64,000 nt of DNA. Source: Veleropilina oligotropha (Eukaryota). The stretch spans positions 372,001 through 436,000 of the forward strand of contig JBEUKZ010000010.1 in assembly GCA_048128005.1 (NCBI GenBank). The letters are read 5' to 3'. Shown here piece by piece: positions 1 through 12,000 of this stretch. The position numbers were made by a program, and so were the translations under genes. The notes beneath the pieces are model-generated. The model was not told where the DNA came from and searched no databases. It saw only the letters and a program-made list of their open reading frames with translations. Position 1 is the stretch's first letter. Every line of letters begins with the position of its first letter.

Positions 1-1170
1 TCAACGCCAGTGAAGAATTCTCATAGCCAGAACAAGAAGTACAGCAGCACGTCCTCCGAAGTGGACAGCATCTACACGTGGTCCATCAAATCCGGCTCGG
101 CCGAAACCACCTTGGAAGAATCGTACTTCAACAACTACAAATCCACTCCAAAGTCGACAAACAAGAACTCTCGCCACATGACCCGTCATTCGACGCCACG
201 ACCGAAGAAGAACGTCTGCCGCGATCACGATCTTCATTCCATGCTGAAAGAACCCTGCTGCATGGACCTCGACGAACTCACCGCGATCTCCAGACAGATT
301 CCCAGCTACAGCGAATCTGCGCTGCTCGACGCCACGTTTAAACGCGGAGGAGTGAAACTACCACGGACCAGCACGAAGATCGGACTCAACGAGGCACCAG
401 TCAGCGGCGGCTCTTCCGTCGAAGCCAGAAGATCATCTCTCCCAGATCTCCTCAGCATCTCGTCTCCAAGCCAAAGCATTCCAAGTTCCAGTTCGTATTC
501 GCCTCCGAGCACCAATCTTCCTCTTCAACGACCTCCCTTCGAAGAACGCACCGGATGTTCCGGAAAGTCCAGCACCAGTGGCAGCAGCAATCCAGCCAGC
601 TCAGCGAAGACGTCAGGATATCGTGTGAATTCTCTTGCTTCCTCGGTGAATCCAGACACCAGTATTTCTCTCTCAAGTGCTAACATCGACCACACCACTC
701 ATGTCGGAAGAACGCGAATCGACTCGCTCATCACAGACAGTCCAACAAGCGTCAACAGCAGTGGCATCTTTGCTCCATACAACAGCCCCGACGTCGCCAG
801 CCACAAGAGTTCTCGGCGAGGATCGGCCAAAAGCGAATCTGGATCATCCGGTTCTTCTCGTCCTCTTACCAACGTTTCCAGCATTCCGTTCCACTCCACT
901 CTTCTGTCATCGCCAGAATTTAAAAAGCCACGCACACCACCGCTGAGAAGAATGAATGCTCGTACACGAAACTCGATCGAACGAACATCTACGCCAAAAT
1001 CGTGGGAACCTTCAACGCTTCACAACAGTCATTCGTGCAGAAAATTATTCGGTTCCAGTGAAACGAAACTTGTCAACAAGAAAGCAGTTATCAAGAAATT
1101 AAAGAAATTCAGTCAAACGTTTTACAAAAAGGACAAATCTGGAAAAATTGAAACCCTCGCTACATTGTAA
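1..1170 (+). CDS. Uncharacterised Ser/Thr-rich protein, 5'-truncated (frame open from base 1); single terminal exon
   Basis: Frame 1 is open from base 1 (TCA ACG CCA GTG = STPV) to TAA at 1168-1170. GC-rich coding-like composition against an AT-rich flank. Repeated STP(K/R/V) motifs and a basic amphipathic C-terminus (KKAVIKKLKKFSQTFYKK...IETLATL). Followed by an AT-rich UTR with AATAAA at 1426-1431. Family not recognised. Confidence 0.8.
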   Translation, partial: STPVKNSHSQNKKYSSTSSEVDSIYTWSIKSGSAETTLEESYFNNYKSTPKSTNKNSRHMTRHSTPRPKKNVCRDHDLHSMLKEPCCMDLDELTAISRQIPSYSESALLDATFKRGGVKLPRTSTKIGLNEAPVSGGSSVEARRSSLPDLLSISSPSQSIPSSSSYSPPSTNLPLQRPPFEERTGCSGKSSTSGSSNPASSAKTSGYRVNSLASSVNPDTSISLSSANIDHTTHVGRTRIDSLITDSPTSVNSSGIFAPYNSPDVASHKSSRRGSAKSESGSSGSSRPLTNVSSIPFHSTLLSSPEFKKPRTPPLRRMNARTRNSIERTSTPKSWEPSTLHNSHSCRKLFGSSETKLVNKKAVIKKLKKFSQTFYKKDKSGKIETLATL

Positions 1171-1431
1171 ATTATTTACGAACTATGTATTGAACTCCAT
1201 TACAAGTGCTTGTGGTTAGTGAATCCCTTATTTATATTGACCCCTATGCAATTTTTTGTCAACAAAGACTTCTGATATCGGCTCACTACCTTTGTGCAAT
1301 ATTTAAGTACTATAGGTTGTATTTACCTGTATATATGTATAATTGCCACCAAGATTGTTTGTATATATGTATATATTCTAACTTAATTACTAGCTAGATA
1401 TTCAAACAGTGCTATTTATTATGTAAATAAA
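1171..1431 (+). promoter_or_regulatory. 3' UTR with four Pumilio response elements, a miR-92/25-family 8mer site and a polyadenylation signal
   Basis: TGTATATA at 1328, 1360 and 1368; TGTAAATA at 1422; GTGCAATA at 1294-1301; AATAAA at 1426-1431. Confidence 0.55.
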
Positions 1432-1597
1432 TATGACAACATATTGAAATGATACATGTCTTTTCTTTTATAACATATAATTACATATTATTCAAGATAT
1501 TTTGAGGTCATCATTTGCAACTTCAATCAGCAATAATAAAAGCCAGATTGATCCTAATGCATCCAATTGCAAATATTGGAAATCAACGTACCAGAAA

Positions 1598-1735
1598 GCA
1601 CAGTCAGCTGCCCTTATATTATTATTGCACAGTCAGCTGCCCTTATATTATTATTGCACAGTCAGCTGCCCTTATATTATTATTGCACAGTCAGCTGCCC
1701 TTATATTATTATTGCACAGTCAGCTGCCCTTATAT
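1598..1735. repeat. Minisatellite, 29-bp unit, about 4.8 copies
   Basis: Unit gcacagtcagctgcccttatattattatt starts at 1598, 1627, 1656, 1685 and 1714. Confidence 0.95.
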
Positions 1736-2080
1736 GTCCACATTATCACTTGGGAAAACCCTCCCTAACCGGCCAGTTATCAACAACTGTTACTATTAAC
1801 TGAACAAAGTGTCCTGCCGAGGATTGGACCCCACTTCTGTCGAACACAGCAGTCAAACCAGCCCGTTTCCACCCGGCTACTGGTGCGACATCCTTATATT
1901 GTTAGACTCCTCAACGATCTTACGATTGAGTTATTTAGTTCCACATCTACATGTCCTTCCGTCACTTTTACAACAGACGTTATTTCAAAACAACAAACTT
2001 GCCACCCAGTTCAGGAAATTTGAAATCAATGTTATCACACTTGGTCATATGGCAAACACATGGTCTTCTAATCTGCTGTC

Positions 2081-2944
2081 TTTGATTGTGAGTCGAGCCC
2101 ACACTGCCAAGCAGTCATTGCTAGAGGACAGTACTACGCCTTTTTGATTGTGAGTCGAGCCCACACTGCCAAGCAGTCATTGCTAGAGGACAGTAATACG
2201 CCTTTTTGATTGTGAGTCGAGCCCACACTGCCAAGCAGTCATTACTAGAGGACAGTAATACGCCTCTTTGATTGTGAGTCGAGCCCACACTGCCAAGCAG
2301 TCATTGCTAGAGGACAGTAATACGCCTCTTTGATTGTGAGTGGAGCCCACACTGCCAAGCAGTCATTGCTAGAGGACAGTAATACGCCTCTTTGATTGTG
2401 AGTAGAGCCCACACTGCCAAGCAGTCATTGCTAGAGGACAGTAATATGCCTCTTTGATTGTGAGTCGAGCCCACACTGCCAAGCAGTCATTGCTAGAGGA
2501 CAGTAATACGCCTCTTTGATTGTGAGTCGAGCCCACACTGCCAAGCAGTCATTGCTAGAGGACAGTAATACGCCTCTTTGATTGTGAGTCGAGCCCACAC
2601 TGCCCAGCAGTCATTGCTAGAGGACAGTAATACGCCTCTTTGATTGTGAGTCGAGCCCACACTGCCAAGCAGTCATTGCTAGAGGACAGTAATACGCCTC
2701 TTTGATTGTGAGTCGAGCCCACACTGCCAAGCAGTCATTGCTAGAGGACAGTAATATGCCTCTTTGATTGTGAGTCGAGCCCACACTGCCAAGCAGTCAT
2801 TGCTAGAGGACAGTAATACGCCTCTTTGATTGTGAGTCGAGCCCACACTGCCAAGCAGTCATTGCTAGAGGACAGTAATATGCCTCTTTGATTGTGAGTC
2901 GAGCCCACACTGCCAAGCAGTCATTGCTAGAGGACAGTAATACT
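2081..2944. repeat. Minisatellite, 62-bp unit, about 14 copies
   Basis: Unit tttgattgtgagtcgagcccacactgccaagcagtcattgctagaggacagtaatacgcctc; near-identical head-to-tail copies with no spacers. Confidence 0.97.
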
Positions 2945-3009
2945 CCAAACTTACACAGAGATGGCAGCTATATTTGGTTTAGATCAATGCTTATAATGCC
3001 CTATATATT

Positions 3010-3226
3010 TCCAACCACTAAGTTCAAAGCAGGACATATATTATATATTTTCGCCCACAGAAACCCGCCCTCTCCGACCAGTTACGGAAAACTGTGATTC
3101 ATAACTTGAACAAATAATGTCATATCCCAGACGAGGTTTGAACCCACTACTGTTCGTGTCAGCGGAATGAAGCCAGTGATTTTTTGGAGTCTCTAACCGA
3201 AACCACACGGCTGTCGGAGCGGCCAC
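3010..3226 (-). mobile_element. tRNA-derived SINE, family A copy
   Basis: Reverse-complement match to the copy at 14088-14340 (ggccgctccg head, ggttcaaa B-box-like motif, gttatgaatcacagtt..tccgtaactggtcggagagggcgggttt core). Further copies at about 1735-1885, 3635-3840, 4680-4880, 5710-5935 and 14555-14640 (-), and about 38450, 41435 and 58200 (+). Confidence 0.7.
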
Positions 3227-3249
3227 ACCCATAGATGGAGTCGATGATG

Positions 3250-3440
3250 ATGATGAATTTAACGACCACGCCAACAGTATTTCAGTTATAAATTGGGCCA
3301 ATCAACTTTGAAGGATGAAATGAATTGGTGCTGCGTGCAATGGAGGCAGCGATCATGGGAAAAAATCCCCAGCACTTCCAGGGCTTGAACCCGTGACCTC
3401 CAGTTAATAGACCAGCACTGTATCCGCTTGACACAGATGG
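3250..3440 (-). mobile_element. tRNA-derived SINE, family B copy
   Basis: Reverse-complement homologue of 36005-36190: gcggatacagtgctggtcta..ggaggtcacgggttcaagccc head and ttataactgaaatactgttggcgtggtcgttaaa tail. Confidence 0.7.
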
Positions 3441-5709
3441 AATCAATCAGTTATTATTATTACACTCAACATAATATTATCAAGTAAAAATCTAAATGTA
3501 CACATGCGCAAGTTACTCAAGGAACCAATGCTAGAACCGTGCAACAAACATGTCGATCCGCCATTCTGCATTGTATTAATGATCTTATTTGTGAACTGAT
3601 GAAGATCTCGGATTGGATCGATGCTTCATGTCACGACCTTCAGGTTCAAGACAGGACATGTCCACGTTACAGAGGAAGGAAAGCCGGATCGCCCGGGGAA
3701 ACCCGCCCTCTCCGACCAGTAACGGACAACACTGATCGATAACTAAGCAAGAATGTTAGTACCACAACCGAGATTTGAACCTACTCGAGCTAAAGATTTC
3801 AGAGTCGGCAAGCAAGACTACATGGCTACCGGAGCGGCCTCGATGAAGATATCAACATCTTTCATCATTAATCAAATTTGTTAATAAAGAATACAAAAAG
3901 TTGTGTTTAGTAGATGGCCTTCGCAGGAGGTAATTTTAACAGGGTGTTTCATTTAACAAAATTAGCTCATCCCACTAATGATGGTTCTGCCATATATGCA
4001 TAATTTCTCTTCTACATAAAATGAACCTGCTCAAATGGACTGAATTACATACATAACACGTTGGTGTCAATTGAGAAAATCAATATAACAGATTATTTCC
4101 TGGCGTCCATGCTGCACATTGTAATAGTGCATGATGTCATTTCATCATGAAGGAATTTCACACTGATTTTAATTTCGATCATGGTCGTTATATCACGCAA
4201 AAATTATCTCAAAAAGAACTTAAACCCTTCAGAAAAAACTTAATCATCTCCGCAATCGATGGCAGACAACCCTACAAAGTAACAGCTCGCCGAAGCGGCA
4301 GGAAATCAATCGTAATAGGTACTGAACAGCGAATTGAAATAAACTAATCAATGCTCACTTACGCGGGATTAGACGAAAAAGTGCCATGTAACAGCATGCG
4401 ATTATAATGAATCGACCCGCAATAAATCATGCATTAATCATGAAAACCAGTAAATAATTGAGAACAATCCTTGATCGCATTTTTATAGGAATATTGCATC
4501 ATGGGAAATGATCTATACCGTGACTATATTTTGTTTATGCGCTCTACTTGACCATTGGATATTTTTGTGAGTTGTAACAGTAAGAGCAATATTTCAACAA
4601 ACATTAATGATAGAAATAAATTGATTAAATAAAATCACGTTTGACTGTGTTGGACTGATGCAATATCCTGCTTAACTACCTTCAGGTTTACACATTATGA
4701 TTTATCGCGGGAAGACAGACCGGTCACTCAGGACAATAGATGCCACAGGTCGGTTATCGACAATTGAAGGAAGCGTCTTGCCGATGATTTAAACTCACTC
4801 CTGTTTGACAGGGTCGTCTTGAAATCAATTCAATTGAGAAACCAAGCACTTATCCACTCAATGACAGATGCAGCCTACATACAAGGATGCAACAATGGAT
4901 ACAAGAAGTATAACACAAAACACACATATCCAGCACACGGAATGAATGCTCTGCTCAACAGGAGTGGGCTCCAATCTTACGCTTGACATTTTGTGGAGAC
5001 CAGAGTCATCGTCGTCCATGACTACCTGTTTTCATCCGGGTGACCAGGCTTTTTACCGCTATGATATGGACATATCCTGGTACCACCAGGAACGGTGTCA
5101 AATCGACATTATTATTAAATGTATTAACTCTTATCCCGCTGATCACGACAATACTTCAATACTTGCTTAAGGGCAATGCAGTACGGGATAAGGGTTAAGC
5201 ATATACAATCAGAATATGAACTAAAGTGGTCACATTTGGCTGCATAAAATTGAGAGCTATCTTTCAAATGTATGCAGAATGGCAAAAGATAACTAAAAAA
5301 CCTCTCAAAGTTTTCCATAATTCATGGATGAACCAGATCGCAAGGATGCCGGTGTCATATGCCGGGGTCACTTCATCGCTATGGTTAAAATGCCCTCCCA
5401 ATGGAAAAGTGACCCATGCCAAAATTAAGCCAAGAGAGGAGGGGTGGGGGCAGGGCAAGCGATTATAAAACTGAACCAAAGAGTCAAAGACTCCAATATA
5501 ATCCAGACTGTATCTATTGCACATCAATTCATTTGATCATCGATAATTGAAATCATTTGCTCCCAAGATTTAAATACACATGGATCTTGGTAATGAGTTC
5601 ATGTAGCTTATTATCGATCCACCTGTCTACCATAGTTTATTTATACTATTTTTTCATTATAGCACACTCCAAAAAACAGAAAGGATAGTGAGTGTCCTGT
5701 ATGGTTTAC

Positions 5710-5936
5710 AACCGGCAGGTTCAAAGCAGGACATGTCCATATTATCACGGGAGGAAAGCCCGGTCGCTCGGTTAAACCAGCCCTCTCCAACCAGTTACAG
5801 ACAACTGTGATTCATAACTGAATAAATAATGTCATGTCCCAACCAAGATTCGAACCCATTACTGTTCGTGTCAATGGAATCAAGCCAGTGATTTTTGGAG
5901 TCTTCAACCGAAACCACACGACTGTCCGAGCGGCCA
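5710..5936 (-). mobile_element. tRNA-derived SINE, family A copy
   Basis: Highly similar to 3010-3226 and to the reverse complement of 14088-14340. Confidence 0.7.
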
Positions 5937-6904
5937 TGGCACACATTTTTCGTCAGTGATTCAGACTGAAAAATGACTACTATATTCACTGATATTTACA
6001 CCACATTCATAATCAGAATATATTATTAATAATAACGGACAACACTGGTTAAGCTATATAGGCACAATTGGCGAAGCAAAAGAATCATTTAAATTCAACA
6101 TCAATCAAACAAAATCCAGAAAATCCGTGATTTCCACCAATATTTGAAAACACTTGAATGAAGACCTTAGCATTGTCTTGGCAGGGGGTGACAGCCTGCT
6201 GTTAGTGCAATTTAGTTTTGTAATTGAAGCTAAACACCATTAGTTAGGCCAACATTAGCTAACAATCCGCCTACAAGTGTGATGACAACTGCTGGTGCAC
6301 AATTAACAGTGTCCACTTCTGAGGTATAGCCCACTAAATTAGCTGATTGCTCCATTACCCACAAGGGAACTGAAGTGTTATTACAGGAACTGCAGATAAA
6401 GCTAACTCGTAAACACATCAGCAAAGCATGCACAAAGAATGGCATTTATTTGTAGCAAACGACCCACACACTTTCGGTATAATGGCAAATAACAATGGAA
6501 TTCAACAATCTTAAGTGTTAATTTATATTTGTAGCAAGAGATTTATATCAAACAACCTAAAATACACGGTTTTAATTGCTGGCATACATTTCTTCATATC
6601 CAAAATATTTAAGAAAATTTGAACCAAAATCAGAACATGAGGTCAAGCATAAAACAGAATACTATTTCAGCTGATATTCATAAATGCTTCACAGCTAAAC
6701 TCTGCCCTAGTAATGAAGCATATACACCTTTTGTGCCTGAAATGTTTCTACTTAAAATCCATATAATAAATTATCGAGAAATCCCATATAATGATAACAA
6801 TCAGCATGAAAGAGATGCTCTAGAAGGAATATTATACTTGTGTATATAAGCATAGGGGCCTACAACTTTCCGAAGACAGGGTGTTTGTGCTTAATTCCCT
6901 AATA

Positions 6905-7110
6905 CTGTAAAACCCTATTTGTTAGCGAGCCTTAAAATTACGCGAGTTTCGCGTTCGCTAAATATTAGCGAAATTAGATGGTCGCGTATTTTTAGTTGGA
7001 CTGTCTAAAAATGTGCATTGCATTAAAATTCGCTAATTTTAAAGGCGTTGTATTGTTCTATTTTTTAAATTCGCTAAATATTATGGCCGCCAAAATATAG
7101 GGTTATACAG
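6905..7110. mobile_element. MITE with TA target duplication (Tc1/mariner-pogo type)
   Basis: TA|ctgtaaaacccta ... tagggttatacag|TA: terminal inverted repeats with TA on both sides. Confidence 0.75.
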
Positions 7111-7857
7111 TATCAGATTATTTTGTTCCCTAAATGTATATAAAACATGCATTTAATATAAAACAAAAGTATTTTTGCTTAAATTAGATGTATGATGTAA
7201 TTTCTCTATTAAAAAATATCTTGTCTGGACCCAGGAGAATGAATGTCAATTCTGATAATGTTCATTATTAAATGATTCACATTCACATTCACAAATGTCC
7301 ACAGCATTCTTTGCTAAAGTGGGCTTCCGTGGCAAAAGGTGATGTCATTTTCTGCACGCCAAAGCGGGCAGCCGTGATGAAGGGGTTAATAGAGTTATCA
7401 ATCTAACACCATACATTAGTGAATGCTACACAATTCAAGGGGCATACATACCCCTGCTTGTACAGGTTCACTCTCGTTGGTTATCAAACTTGGCATAGGT
7501 ATTATTGTCACAAACATTCTTACTATGTTTGACGAAGAATGGATCAAGGTTATCGATTGGTAACTAGGCATTACATCACTATTACATAATTCAAGGCGCA
7601 TAACTCTGGTTTTTCAAGTTCAGTGTCATTGGTTATCAAACTTGGTCGAGATCTTATTTTCACAATAATTTAACACAATGTTTGGTAAAGAATAAATAAA
7701 TCTTGCTTGGATTATCAACTCTATTCGCACACCTGTCTATTGGTTGTGAAAGCATACATTTATTAGATAATACGTCCTGTAATTGGTTCTACAAAAACAT
7801 TCTGAAAGTTGTGGTTTTAGAAATTGTCCACATCATGTAGGATTATTTGTTGATGAG

Positions 7858-8218
7858 GTATTTTTTACTGACTTTTAGAACTTTTATGAAACTGAAATTT
7901 CTCGACGTTTCTGCCATTATCGAATGACCTTGGTCATGTGATGCTCTTGCTTGCGTAACTTCTGCTCAGGAATCATGTTGAGTACCTGGCGGTAGATGGC
8001 GGGCAGCTGGTATCCCTGGTCTCTGTTCATAGATAGCATGCGGCGGATGATATGGATCAACACTTTGATTTCCGTTTGAGCCAGTTCTCCTCCCTGGCCT
8101 GGACCTTGGTGTTGTCAAGTAATTACGCACGAGCAAACATCACGTGACCAAGGCCATTCGATAATGACCGAAACGTCGGGAAATTTCAGTTTCATAAAAG
8201 TTCTAAAAGTAAAAATAC
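7858..8218 (-). mobile_element. Penelope-like retroelement 3' fragment with inverted pseudo-LTRs
   Basis: About 100-bp inverted arms at 7858-7960 and 8121-8218. The interior on the minus strand reads LDNTKVQAREENWLKRK/IKVLIHIIRRMLSMNRDQGYQLPAIYRQVL, matching the C-terminus of PLE GIY-YIG endonucleases (...KEAIHIR...LNRDxGYxLPxIY). Confidence 0.8.
8144..8177 (+). ncRNA. Minimal hammerhead-ribozyme-like motif in a Penelope pLTR (variant core)
   Basis: gTGAccAA-GGCCATT-cgat-AATGACC-GAAACgtc: core-stem II-GAAAC layout. A second copy lies on the minus strand at 7904-7937. The core departs from canonical CUGANGA. Confidence 0.45.
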
Positions 8219-9083
8219 ATACAATATCATCCGTTAGGACGATGAACAATCTATTCTACAATTATTTGTTGATGTTAATAATTAGAGATAATTTATTAAA
8301 TCTCTGAGTTTAATCATTTAATTATTAATCAAATGCTTTTAAATACCTTTAATCAGTTCAGTATAGTGACTTTGTGGGTGCTTTTGAGTCTGAAAAATCG
8401 ATGTTTTCATGTTCGGCCACCATTGTTAATTTTCAAGTATTCTACCTCTGTATGTGGGAGCACCCATTTTGCATGTCTATAGTGTTTCATGAGGCATAAA
8501 AAAACGAAGTTTTACATAATGATTATACTGATGTATATGATTAAAAGGAAACAAATTTAGAAATTAGACAGACAGGGTGTAATTCAATTTAATCCACAAT
8601 AATTCTTATAATATTACATGATAATAACATGGATTTTTTATGTTGTTTTTGGTTTTAATTGATATAGATTAAAATATGTAATATTAAATTAGTGCATCAA
8701 TAGTCTATAAATTTATGTTCAATAAAATTATTTAGATGATGGTCAACATGCAGCAACAGATAATTAGAATAATATATGTACCGGTATCACCGTATGATGC
8801 GTAATGTAAATTAAACACGTATTTTAAATACACACATAGTCATGAATAGATTTAATAGAAATTGCTTCCACACAATTATTTCAAATACATGCATACATTT
8901 AATAGAAACTGCTTTAAATTTGGGGCTAGTGAGTTTTCTGGTTGGGCTAGTAAATTTTCAAAATCTACTAGCCAGGAAGACTAAAGCAAAATTGTGATCG
9001 TAGAGCACTGTAATCTTCCATTTGTAGATGCTTATCAACTGTAAGAGAACAATGCAGGGACGACATTGCTGTTCACAGCTTAC

Positions 9084-12000
9084 CGGAATAGCGTATTCCT
9101 TGTATCGATTGTAGACCTTTTCTCGCGTGACGGCATCATTGGGATGCATGGTCTTCTGAGCGAGAGCGAGCAACATCTCTCGCTTCAGGTCCATTCCCAG
9201 CTGAGAGTTCAAATTCACTTCATGAGTCTATAGAACACAAAATAGGCAGGCACCAACTTAAATATCATGTATAATCAAAGTTATGTTTCAGAAATTGATT
9301 GTATCAATAATAGGTACTTTTCTTTTGACAATTTTTCAGTCTTATCACAGTCAGAACTCCAGTTATAGGTCTATATTTGATCAGAACGACTTAATGGGCA
9401 AATTACTTTAATTTAAGCGTTAGAATGAGCTGTCGGCTGTGCTCGAACTCTGGTTCAGTTGAATATCATTAGCCCAGAATTCCATAAATAATCATCATGA
9501 TGGCTAGGTAAGGTCCACTGTTAATGCCACATCCGATTTGCGCCTCAACAGCTAATTGAACGTCACCGTGCTTAGTTAGATACCAGACAGAAGAATGGAG
9601 ACATACATACTTTTAAAATATAATGGTCGAAGCCGCACACTTCGTCGATGAGGTCAAGCGTCTTCAGGGTCACTGGGATTGTCATCCATTTATCTAATAT
9701 TTCGCTGTAAAATATTCGCCTCGTTATGAACGGCTTCCACAGCATCGGAACCCTGTGCGCCATGGAAAAGATGAGAGCACAGTAATGGTACATTACATTA
9801 TACCCCGCCCGTATAACTATGGAAATATTCCACGCGGTTCTGAAGATAATTGGAGGAAACTAAATGTTTATGTCGAAAAGGGGGGATAACTGCAGAAATA
9901 TTTGTTAAAAATCTGCCGGAATGGAAATTGATCTCCGAATGATTATTTGCAATTCAGTAACAAAATATGAACGACATCCGATGCGAGGTTCAGAAGATCT
10001 AAATTTTAAGTCGAAAAAGTGGAATAAATCGGGTAACATTAATCGAAATTCTGCTGAAATGGAACTTGACCTCTGAGCTATTATTTGCAACACAGTCCTA
10101 AGATTTGAACAACATCCAATGCGCGGTTCTGAAGATAATTGGCGGAAACCAAATTTTTACGTTGAAAAAGGGGGATAATTCTGGTAATATTTGTCGAAAA
10201 TCTGCTGAAATCGAATTTGACCTCAGAGCTATCATTTTCAGCAGTCACAAGATTTGAACATCCGATGTGCGGTTCTGAAGATAATTAGCAGCAACCATGG
10301 ACAGACGGATAATAGACGAACGGACGGATGGCAGATGGACGGACGACCAACGGTATAACATTGATATGTGGCGGGGTATAATAAAAACAAGAGTAACGTA
10401 AACGATACATAATACGCCCGCGCAATTCGTAACTAGTTTGAATAGGCTTCTTCTTTGTCACATGATTCAGCAAGTTTTATGGGAAAAAAATTCCTGCGAA
10501 AATGAAATTTCTTTGTTTTCGAACGAGAACCAGAAGACAGTGACAAATCGAGCGACAAGAATGAAAAGGACTAGGATTCTGCCTTGACACATGATTAAGT
10601 CATCGAGAAAGTTTCATTGATAAATAATTTATATTTGCTTAGTTATCGTGCGGAAACAAGATTTTTCTTGTTTTCAAACAAGGGCCAGAAGTCAGTGACA
10701 AATGTAGCGACAGGGTTGAAAATGAATAGTCTTCTTCCTTGTCACATGATTAAGGCATCCAGCAAGTTTCATTGATAAATAATTTATATTTGCTTAGTTA
10801 TCGTGCGGGAACAAAATTTCTTTTCGTTTTTGAACAAGGGCCAGAAGTCAATGACGAAGCGAGCGACATGGTTAAAAACAAATAGGCTTTTTCCTTGTGA
10901 CATGATGAACCCACCCATATATTTAAAGATGGTATATTTCTTGAGATATGGTGCGGCAACGAAGGAGGCGGATGGACGGACGGACATCGCCATAGCATAA
11001 TACACCTCGCCTTCAGCGGGCGTATAATTAAGCAGAGGCAAGCAAAATGGTAAGAACTGACATCCTTTTAATTATATTTCACACTAAACAATAACTCTGG
11101 AAAAGACATGGTTTTGATATACTCCATATAATGATATGCAGCAACAAGATTGAGGGGAGTTCACTGAAGTGCTGTGTAAATCGTAAATAGTAAACTAAAT
11201 AAAACAGTGCACAAATAGCTTTGAGTTGAGCGGTAGTTTATCACGCAATAAAATAATGGACACTTAATAATGGATGCTAGAGCAATCCTGAAAATTCAAT
11301 CCATTATTGGAACATCCACGATCAAATTGGTTGGTCCTTGGTAGGTACGGTGTATACTCAGCTTTACTTATAGTCAGTCATAGAGTTGGTAACGCTGCCT
11401 CCTCGGCATGAATACATACCGTACTTTATACTTTCCCCGGGTACGATAACCTTCAACAAAGCCTTCACCACCCCACAGACCCCTGTTGCTTTCCCTGGGA
11501 TATTTTACATGGATCGGAAAGTTTTGCACATCAACTCTGAAAAAAAGAAATGATTGCTACACAGTCGCCATTACCAGCTTGATAAAAATTTGACTGACAG
11601 TGACACTCATGTAACTTTGCTGTGAATTGAAGCTAATTATAATGATTTTTATTAATCATAAATACCGAAACTAACATGAATTGGAAATGGTTATATTATT
11701 ATTGTTAAATATTGAAAAAAGAATAAACTTTGTAAAGATTTAGCGATTAAATTCTAGTTAACATATACATAGAAAGTTGTTGATTAGACATAGATTTTAA
11801 GACATGAAAGTCTAGTTGTTAGTTTCATACTTCCTCTATGTAAAAAATTCTTTGTCAAATCAAACAAATTTGAATGAATGATGAAATGAATTGCCACACG
11901 TGGGGATCAATCACACGTCTCGAGCTTTGTGGTCTTGCATCATACCCACACAGCCATGTCATCCACACATTCTACTTGCCAGAATATCATACTCCTTTGC

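Noticed and set aside
2081..2944. CRISPR-like appearance of regular repeats (also 40428-41417 and 53357-54166)
   Set aside because: Units are head-to-tail with no unique spacers, there are no cas genes, and the context is a spliced eukaryotic genome.
6230..6445. Candidate last exon of MRPL28 (contains NVGLT)
   Set aside because: Lacks the conserved acidic EEAEW context and stops three codons after VGLT.
8958..9083. MRPL28 ending by read-through (VSCEQQCRPC...)
   Set aside because: A strong donor CCG|gtaagc sits exactly where similarity ends; the read-through peptide does not resemble MRPL28.
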